Below the pieces are notes generated by a model. That model worked only from the letters and a program-made list of their open reading frames with translations, was not told the origin of the DNA and ran no database searches. DNA of 62,823 nt, the filler included, from Klebsormidium nitens (taxonomy: Eukaryota > Plantae > Klebsormidiophyceae), in the NCBI GenBank assembly GCA_000708835.1. It is 6 parts of 6 records of this genome, joined end to end, with 100 filler letters (N's around TTAATTAATTAA, not from the genome) between each part and the next. Parts side by side here need not be neighbours in the genome. Positions count along the whole stretch, not along the records: positions 54,403 to 59,237 come from DF238471.1; positions 59,338 to 62,823 come from DF238573.1; 4 more parts are not named here. One strand, 5' to 3'. Positions 54,403 to 62,823 of the stretch are shown here, piece after piece; position 1 is the stretch's first letter, and the number at the start of each line of letters is the position of its first letter. Made by a program: the position numbers and the translations under genes.

Positions 54403-57326
54403 GGAGCACACTGGAGAGCGGGACGTCGCTATGACATCTTCAAGTACTAGAACCGCAGATTGTGTGGATCTGTTGATATTGAGGGAAGGATTCAAAGCAA
54501 AGAGGTCTGAAGGTAGAATCTTGTGCAAAGTGTGTCCACAAGGATCGGTCAAAGATCGATCGATCACGCACAACGAGAGTGAGCTGCACAAGGTGTCTGT
54601 ATACGCTCCCCTCTTCTGCCTCTCCGCCTCTAGATCCTCGCGCAGCTCTTCTGCTCTTCTCTCCGCACTCTCCCTCGCCCCCTTCTCGGACGCCAGGGCT
54701 TCTCGCAACTCCGCGTTGGCCCTCTCCACGCCCTCGATGTCCTGCCGCAACAATGTCTCGTTCTCCCCTCTCGTCCGCCTCTCGGTCTCCAGCATCTGCA
54801 GCAGCTCGGTCTCTCTCTTCTCTGCTCTCTCCGCTCTCCGCTCCGCCCTCTCTCGGGCCCCAGCCTCCTCCCCACCCTGCCCGGCCCCACCCTCATTTCT
54901 CCGCCTCTCAGCCTCCAGCTCTTTCTCTATCTCGCGCACTTTACTCTTTTCGGCATCCAGCAGCCTCCGCAGCTCTTCTAGTTCGGCCTCGACGTTCCCC
55001 CGCAACTCCTTCTCCCTCTCCTCCCTCTCCCGCCTCTCTGTCTCCAAAACTGATCGCAGAGCCCGCCCCTCGTTCTCGAGCCTCTTCCGCAGCTCCTCCG
55101 CCTCCCTCAGAGCCGTCGCATCGACCAACGCCAGCTCTCCCACCCCGAGCTCTCGCTTGCCGTCTGCGAAACCCCCGACCCAGCCCAGACTCTCCAACCG
55201 AGAGGACACGCCGTTTCGGAGGTCGAAGCGCGTCGTGCGGTAGATGGGCACTTCGAGTTCTGTCACCCGAACCGCACGTCTCGCCCTGGCCATCATCTCG
55301 ATCGTCTGGCGCGTTATCTCGTCGCAGTGGACCGCCTTACCCAGGTCCTTGCCGTACGTGAGCTCTCCCTTCGTGTTCGCTTGCAAGGTCGCTCCGGGGG
55401 CGAAGGTGCAAAAGTCTGTTAATTCCACGGAGCCGGGCTGCATACCAGTGTCTCCGGCGACGCCCTCCACGAGCCCCTGAAGCTCGCAAGAACATGGCGA
55501 GGCCCTAGGTTGCGCTGCGGCGAGGATGCTCCGCAGCCTCTCTAGCTCTGGGAAGACGTAGACCCCGTCGAGCTCCCACGTGGCCTCCAGGGCACAATGA
55601 ACGCAGGTCTGCACCAGTTCGCCACCCCGCGTCCCGCGCACGGACGCCAGGCAAAGGTCCCTCTGGCAGTGTTCGCACCTCCACCCGTATCCGTCCTTTG
55701 CGTTCACCCACTTCTCGTAAGGCCCTCCTCGTTGCGTTGGAGGGTAACGGTAGTCCGCGCCGTCCACGCGGTAGTCTGCTTCGACGACGTTCTCGACGGG
55801 GATTCCCCGCTCCTGCAAGATCTCGATCCCCGCTGAAGTCCGGTCCACCGCTTCCTCGAGCCACGCGAGGGCGTGCGCGCAGATAGACTTTTCCTGTTCG
55901 GGGTGCTCCAGAAAATCCAGCGCCATCTTGATGACCGGCACCATGGCGGGGCCATACACGCCGCTGCCCTCTGCAAACGAAACGGATACTTTTCTTTCAG
56001 TACGTGTAGTAGATGCAATGCCACCGATCACGAGAGCTCAGCGCAGAATTGGCATCCCCTTCACACCCCTTTCTCTGATACTACAACGCCGTGCGGCTCC
56101 GAGGGACTTCTAGAGGGTGTGCGCACTTGGAACAGTTGGCTGTCGACGATGGTGCTGCTACCACGGGATTCTACACCACGGTCCGAGTTCGGACGAATCT
56201 CACTCTCAAACGGGACAGATACAGGTTCATCCCGCTTTCATATCTCACCTCGCTCGTAGAAAGCACTGGACCTATCTGCAGCCAAACAGTAGCGGAAGAG
56301 CGAGCTGGGGAAGGCAGCATTCACGGCGTAGGCACAGCAGAGGCCAGAGTTACGCACCTGCACGATGAGTATAAGATATTTGACATGTTCTCTCTGTAGA
56401 ATAAGACCCATTCAGTAAAGACCCTTTTAGCTTTCTCATCCGTCACCCTAGGAAATCTGGACTCTGGAGCTCACCATGTGTGGACCCGTGGTGAAGACGA
56501 ACCACCCTTCCTCTTGCGTGGCGGTGAAGTAGGGGATCTCCCAGAGGCCCAGCGTAGCCAAAGGTATGACGAGCTTTTTCGCCAGGAATTGGTTGACCGA
56601 GTCCTCTCCCCCCGTCTCCCGCAACTTTGCCATCAAAACCGTGGTCCAAACCCCTGGGATGATGATCCACTGCTTGGAAGAACCTCCAAACAGGTAGTTC
56701 AGGCTCTCCAGCAGAAGATCTTCCAGATGCATGGGAGCTAGGGTGTCTCTCCCACCCACATACCACATGCCGGTGGTGATGCCGATGTGAACCATAGCGA
56801 AGTTGAAGCAGAAACGCAGGTTATCCAGGAATGGTTGTCCTACGTTTCTACCTTTCTCTGTGGTCTTGGCATCAGAAGCATAATCTGGAAGCGCAAAGAG
56901 CGGATCCCCCAACTCAGAGAAAAACCCTAGCCCATCTACCACTGCGTCCGCTGTAGACCCCTGCAGCCGCCCCTCGTGGTCCGAACAGAATTTATCATAA
57001 TCTTCCCCTGCAAGATCCCCCCTCTGCAAGACCCTAACGCCCTTGTCTAGAGGCTGCAAGTGTTGCGGGGTCACCTCCAACTTCATCTTCGCTCTCTTCT
57101 TTCTCTGACTCTTTACAGTACACCCCTCATCCTCCTCCTTGGCCCTCTGTGGAAGCGTCGGCTCCAGGTCTGCATCTCTCACCTTTATCAGGATGGCCCC
57201 ATATTTCTCTGCTAGAGGCCTAGCTACGGTCTCCAGAAACTTTGCGAACCCCCCTACCGACACGAGGGTCAAGACACTCACGACCAAGCGGGGCACTTCC
57301 CCTCCATAGAACCTGCCAGGCGCCAT
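54403..57326 (-). CDS. Divergent JmjN-JmjC histone-demethylase-like protein with C5HC2-like Cys cluster and coiled coil (3' end unresolved)
   Basis: Exons 57326-56475, 56357-56249, 55970-onward are phase-consistent. JmjN-like LAEKYGAILIK; JmjC WYVGG...MHLED...SLNYL...KQW...QEEGWFVFTTGPH-M-VRNSG...AVN; RCEHCQRDLCLASV...CVHCA. Confidence 0.78.
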
Positions 57327-57590
57327 TCTCGCCCTGATCTTCCTTTCTCACACTGAGACATGGAGGTGAATTTCCACGCATGCCTACTTAGCTATCGTTA
57401 CCAGTGGTTATTCAGTGGTTACCGTCACGAAAACTTCGCTCTAGTACCCAAACGGGTCTTTACCGTAGAAATTCGTTCTAAACCGTCCGATCGGGCGCCA
57501 GATACGGCGCGTTGTTTTTCGAAAGTTCAAGGTCTGGAAGGTAGCAATCAGTCCTCACTTTACTTGGGAGAGACGCACTGGCTAGGCGCA

Positions 57591-59000
57591 ATGGCGGCGG
57601 AAGCATTCCTCAAGCTAGATCAGAATGCACACAGGCTGATCTTTGACAAGGCTGGGGTCTCCATAGCCACGGTCAAGGAGGTCTGCAAGGATTGGCTGCT
57701 GGTGGGGAGGCGCATCTGCCGGAAGCTGACGTTGACTGGGAATGAGGTCATTCCTAGGGATGGAACAGCGGGGGTCCTGAGCTGCCTGCAAGATGTGAAG
57801 ACCCTGGTCATAGAGAAAGGCTTCTTCCGCAGAGGATCCAAGCTGCGCCAGAGCACGTTGAAAAGCATCGTAGCTGGAGTGTCGTACAGGCATGTGCAGA
57901 TAACCAGCCCCCCACTCAAGACCTGTCCTGGGCTAGTTGCGACCCTTCACAAACACCTCAAGATGGACAGGCTGAAATCCTTTTGTCTGTCTGCCCCGCG
58001 CATCCCGAAAGTGCTGCTGGCCTTCCTGATCAGTCAAGGGAGGTGTCTGGAGACCATCCTCATGGGGGGCACAGAGGATTGAGACCTCTCAGCTGCCTTG
58101 CAGTCGATTCTGATCAACCACAGCGTCAAGAATTTCGCTCTCAACGGACACACGATCTCCGACATACATCTCCTATCCACAGCCCTTCCCATGCTGTCGT
58201 ACCTGAGCGTGGAGGTGTCCGGAGAGGTGGACTGGGCTGGTCTGAAAGGACTCAAAGAGCTGCAGCAGCTCTACGTCGCGATCAAAGGCTCCCACCCGTC
58301 CGAAGGAGGCCTGTTCGAGACTCTGGAAGACATGAAGGGCGTGACCGTGGTGGATGTGAAAAAATTAGGGTCAGACTGGGGTGAGGATCGGAATGCCAGC
58401 ACCGTGGTCTCCGCACAGACCTTGGCACTAGCGTTTGCCGGGCGTGACATGCTAGAAGTAGACATTATGACAGGTAGTGCGGGTGTAGGAACCGTGGTCA
58501 CGGATGGCTTGCTGGCAGCCATGTCGGGAACGATCAGACACCTGGTCATCGACATAGCCAACCTACACATGGCCGCGGATGCGGGCAGCCCCCACCCCAT
58601 TACCGGGTGCACTGGTTACGACCTAGACAAGGCGTTGCGATCGAGGAGGGTCTATAGTATCTCTCTACGGTTGGGCAGGGAGTGCGGACCGTTGGATGAA
58701 TGTGTCTGCCCTTCGGACTTGTTGGAGGTATTGGTGAGGGAGAGCGGGGCACGATTCGTCTTGTCCGACGCACTTGTGACTGCTTACGTTGGCATGAAGG
58801 AGGAGGATTTTAGAGCTCGTCTTGGAGATAATCCTAACGCGCTCCGTATAGAAGCTATGAAGAAAGCAGATATGCTGCGCTCAGCCTGTCAGGTTGCAAA
58901 GGTCTCGTTGCTGTGGCTCCCAAGGTCAGGGTCTCGAAACTCTAACCGAGACTTGGTGAGAGCATTCGGGGGGCACTGGATAGATCCTAGCTCCATATGA
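57591..59000 (+). pseudogene. F-box/LRR (RNI-like) gene, apparently one ORF with a frameshift near 58080
   Basis: AFLKLDQNAHRLIFDK N-terminus; LxxLxL repeats (LKGLKELQQLYV, LPMLSYLSV); two abutting ORFs in different frames. Confidence 0.45.
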
Positions 59001-59237
59001 CACTTGCCTCCTATCATCCCTTACTCTGTTCCACTTCTCGTGCACATGCCATGATCATTCAACACTGGTAATGCATCTGCTGAATGTGACGTTGCACCTC
59101 GAATGTTTCCGATTGGGAGATCACCGTACGATTCGATATTACTATACGCTGCGTTGCACATCGAAGTATTGCCGGTTGAGATTACTGGTTGTGAGTACTT
59201 TTCTTAGTATACTTTCTCCTCTTCATCATGAAGACAA

Positions 59238-59337
59238 NNNNNNNNNNNNNNNNNNNNNNNNNNNNNNNNNNNNNNNNNNNNTTAATTAATTAANNNNNNN
59301 NNNNNNNNNNNNNNNNNNNNNNNNNNNNNNNNNNNNN
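59238..59337. other. Artificial scaffold linker
   Basis: 100 nt N/TTAATTAATTAA/N. Confidence 0.97.
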
Positions 59338-62300
59338 CGAAGCCGAACGCAACTTATCCTGAACGGTGACATCGGCTCACTGAAGCCGATCCATCCGGGA
59401 TATTACGGCGTCTTGCAGACAGCCACGCAGTGCGTCGTTAAGACGTAACCACCGCCGTTCCGCTAACCCGCAGGTCAACGAAATCCTGTCGAGAACGAGG
59501 TTAGGCTTAACCAATCGTAATCGTTACATGTAAGCTAGCGACGCAGTTGTTGATGCAACTAGGCCAAAATCTTTTTATGCGGTACCGGTACGTAAATCAA
59601 GGTACCGGCGGTAGCGTACGCAACTTGAAAAAGTCGGCCGTATTCACCGGGCGGTCAACTTCGTGCCCGTAATTGCCATGGCTTTCAACTGCAACTGGCG
59701 ACGCATTTGGCGTCGTAGCTAGCGACGCAACTGGCGATACGACTTGACCCACGATTCGCGCCACAAACAGCGACACTCAAGTGGCGCCAAACTTGGCAAC
59801 TTGCACGATTGGTAAAACTATACATTCATTAGTACCTCACGTCAACCACACAACGTTGCTTGAATCTCTGTAGAGATTGACAATAAGGACGACTGCGTTG
59901 CCAAGGGGCCAGCCAATATGGCAAACCGCAATTGCTTTGAGAGTTTGAGCGACGAACTTCTCGACAACATCTTTGTTAGAATCCTAACTCCGGGGCGAAC
60001 AATGGCGTATGAAAGCACCATGTTGGCTGCAATTCGCCTGACCTGCAAAGAGTGAGCGATCGCCGGGCTGCATTATGTGAGGATGTTACGTGTGCAGGAT
60101 GAAACAGAGGTCCGCCACGTGAGGCACATTCTCAAGCACGCTGACAACAAGAAACTAGTCATCCTGGATGCACGGCTGGGCAAGAGGAACGAGCAAGCTC
60201 CGACAATTGTGCAGGGGCTAGGACGGCATGCTTGGGAGCAGATGCACCTGGAAGGGGCGGCTCGAAAAGCAGAGGTGTGGGAGACCTCGACAGAGACGTT
60301 AACAAAGTTGAGCACCAACAACTGGGGAAAGGCGTTCAGAACGGAGGCTCAGGAAGAGGCATGGAGGGAGGCATGGTGGACGGAGGACTACTCCTACTTT
60401 GAGTCAATTGTGGGTTTTCCAATGCTCGATGCTTCTTTGCTAAACTGCAGGAATTTACGTGAGTTTGGAGCTTACAATCGATCCATACAACCTCAACAAG
60501 AACCTCCGATTCGAACGTCGTAGACTTCGAAGGCACAAAGCGGTCAAGGTGCTCACCGTGAAAGTAGGCCGACCCTTAGATCGGAACGGCGAAGAAAAGA
60601 GGGATGCAATCAATTTTGGCGCGCCGCAGTTGGATTATGACATGGGGTTGTTCTTGCTTTCGGTGGCGTTTCCACGAGTAGAGCACGTCAAGTTTTCAAA
60701 CTGGCGTATGCCGCTGGGCAGTGACGTCCAGCTAACACCGTCGACAGATACTATGAATATCATTGGCTGGAAGGGCGTGCGGAAGTTGGAGCTTGGAACC
60801 AGAGGATTATCCTACACGTGGGGTCCACGGGTGTCTTCATAGGGGCTAGTGAGAAAGGTGCAAGCCTTTAACTGGCCAGACCTAGAGACCCTTGTCATCT
60901 TGGGGACATGCACCGACGGGGCGACGAACCCTTTGGAGAGTGAGTACATTTCGTTTATAGAACCGGATAGAGAGTTCTTGAAGAATCTCGATGAGTTGAT
61001 CGTAGAACATCCGGTGGCACGCTTTTTAGAAGAGACTTTGTATAGTGAACCATACATCACTCCAAAGGTTTGGACAGAGAATAAAGACAAGTGGCGCGAC
61101 TTCCTGGATTCTTCCGAGATTCAGGCAGAAGGTTGGGTAGGTCAAAGGGAGGATTTGTCAAATGGCGTAACGAGCCTTCTCACGATCTCTAGAGATAAAG
61201 AGCCAGGTCGATCGGAACGCAAGCGGGATAGTCAAAGTTACGATACAGAGAACGCAGAATGGGAATCGGACCTTGACTCAGATGATAGATGTGGCACATC
61301 TGATTGAACTTTAGAAGATTAGACGCTTGTTGGCAGTGGGATTTGACAGTGAGATTTGAAAGTAACTTCATTATCGATCTTGTAACTGTGCACACAGTTG
61401 TTTGATCATGCATCACCGGTCCGGACAATTGAGTCTACAACTTCGTTGCCGTTTTGTAAATGCAATTGAATGACGGTCGCGTTTGCATATTTACATCCAC
61501 ATGCATGACATTAGTAGAACGATGTGTCACTTTATGCAATACAACCATGCAACTGGCACCGACGGTCTGACGTGAAAAAACACCCATAGAAGCTTGCATA
61601 GATCTTTAGTCTAGTGTCCCCTAGGACGCAGACTCTACGTAGGCTAATCTAATCAAACTAGGCACATAGTACCGGTTGTAACTAAAATAATACCTACAAC
61701 ACACTATCCGCCGGCACTGAATGGGCAGAGGATTACTCGGGCTGTCGACCGATAGATCAAGTAGGTACGCACTTGTTAGTTAACCGGGGTACCCACGGCC
61801 ATTGATGCTCAAGACCTCAGTACTGGTCGCTCGTTAAGCAAGGGTACTGGTCAACCGAGTAAGAGAAATGAAGCAATTGTAAAATGCCAGGAACATCGAG
61901 ACGGGACACTGGCCAAACGATCATGCATTGAAGGTAACAACTACAGAAGACTGCACAATCATTCCCGGACTGATAGTAGCAGTATTATCGAGTGCGAGGA
62001 GAATCCCTCCGATCAGCTCCTATATTTGGAGAGATCGCTTCTAAAACCAGAACGAGTAGGAAATGAAGCTGCTCCATTCACCACCTTTGCATCGACCGTT
62101 CTAAACATGCGGTGACGAACTCAGCATGACGGAATTGTAACTCGAAGGTCGCGTGATTGTAGGAGCTGGAAAGCAGCAACTCACTTGGCCCTCTTCCTCT
62201 AGAGCAGCATGTCGACTTTGGCGAACCAGGACGCCTCACGCTGAGTGCGCAAGCCTCTCTCTCAGATTCTTGCCCGCCTCCAGCTCGACAATCACGAAAG

Positions 62301-62733
62301 TGTCTGACGTGAGCGCGCCCGAGGCCAGCGAGCGGTGCTGAACCCACTGCACAAGATACCGTCAAGGGACACCCAAAATGTGTACTTGGTTCAAAAAGAG
62401 CAAAAGCATCAGAATCTTGGTCACCTGGTTTAAATAAAGCTCGAAAGGAGAACCACACCGCACCGTCATCGCCAAGAAGCCAACTTTACATTGTGTGAGC
62501 GCGAGTCGAAAAACTTTCCTCTAAAAGGGTTTTCATTGAAATTGTAACGATTACGACTGGTTAAGCCTAACCTCGTTCTCGACAGGATTTCGTTGACCTA
62601 CGGGTTAGCGAAACGGCGGTGGTTACGTCTTAACGACGCACTGCGTGGCTGTCTGCAAGACGCCGTAATATCCCGGATGGATCGGCTTCTGTGAGCTGAT
62701 GTCACCGTTCAGGATATGTTGTGTTCGGCTTCG
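59338..62733. mobile_element. ~3.4-kb element bounded by >=191-bp inverted repeats
   Basis: 59338-59528 is the reverse complement of 62543-62733 with about 7 mismatches; the left arm is cut by the linker; no transposase is seen inside. Confidence 0.75.
59918..61307 (+). CDS. F-box-like/LRR-like gene inside the inverted-repeat element (spliced or degraded)
   Basis: MANRNCFESLSDELLDNIFVRIL...IRLTCK is an F-box pattern; further coding blocks at 60082-60520, 60523-60842 and 60849-61307; junctions unresolved. Confidence 0.5.
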
Positions 62734-62823
62734 CCGTTCGATGCAGCCAAGCTTATCTGTGTTCTGCACAGCTTGCGTGGCTGGTCTTGTCAAAGGTAGT
62801 GGACAAGAGAGAGCTATACGTTT

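Noticed and set aside
54431-55361. Ser/Leu-rich plus-strand ORFs
   Set aside because: Antisense of the E/R-rich coiled-coil exon of the JmjC gene.
1-62823. Whole window as a single giant-virus genome or integrated defence island
   Set aside because: Artificial linkers separate six scaffolds with different gene density, intron content and base composition.

Overview
This is not one natural locus. Five 100-nt linkers (N run, TTAATTAATTAA, N run) join six separate eukaryotic scaffolds, so adjacency across them means nothing. The host is probably a green alga or streptophyte (GT-AG introns, a plastid-transit-like N-terminus, a telomere-like CCCTAAA(A) remnant); this is inference. Scaffold 1 (1-15947) is a Polinton-like virus: major capsid, two penton-like proteins, A32 packaging ATPase, large fibre genes and a DUF5754-like gene. 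It carries several disabling lesions, and no polymerase or integrase lies in the window. Scaffold 2 (16048-20930) holds a decayed Ty1/copia element. Scaffold 3 (21031-44960) is a cargo-like mix: tandem orphan genes, a divergent Hsp70, a RAG1/Transib-like transposase, a cleanly spliced Crinkler-type ATPase-nuclease with a plastid-transit-like leader, a SWIM gene, a papain-fold/coiled-coil gene, and an insertion flanked by 7-bp direct repeats. Scaffold 4 (45061-54302) is a giant-virus-like fragment with a minimal topoisomerase II, a HIT hydrolase, a kinase, and a phage-type C5 cytosine methyltransferase with a methyl-CpG-binding domain (MBD) inserted in it. That MBD fusion is the most striking observation. 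Scaffold 5 has a divergent JmjN-JmjC demethylase and an F-box/LRR-like gene. Scaffold 6 is mostly a ~3.4-kb element bounded by ~190-bp inverted repeats. All family assignments are by-eye motif recognition; no searches were run.
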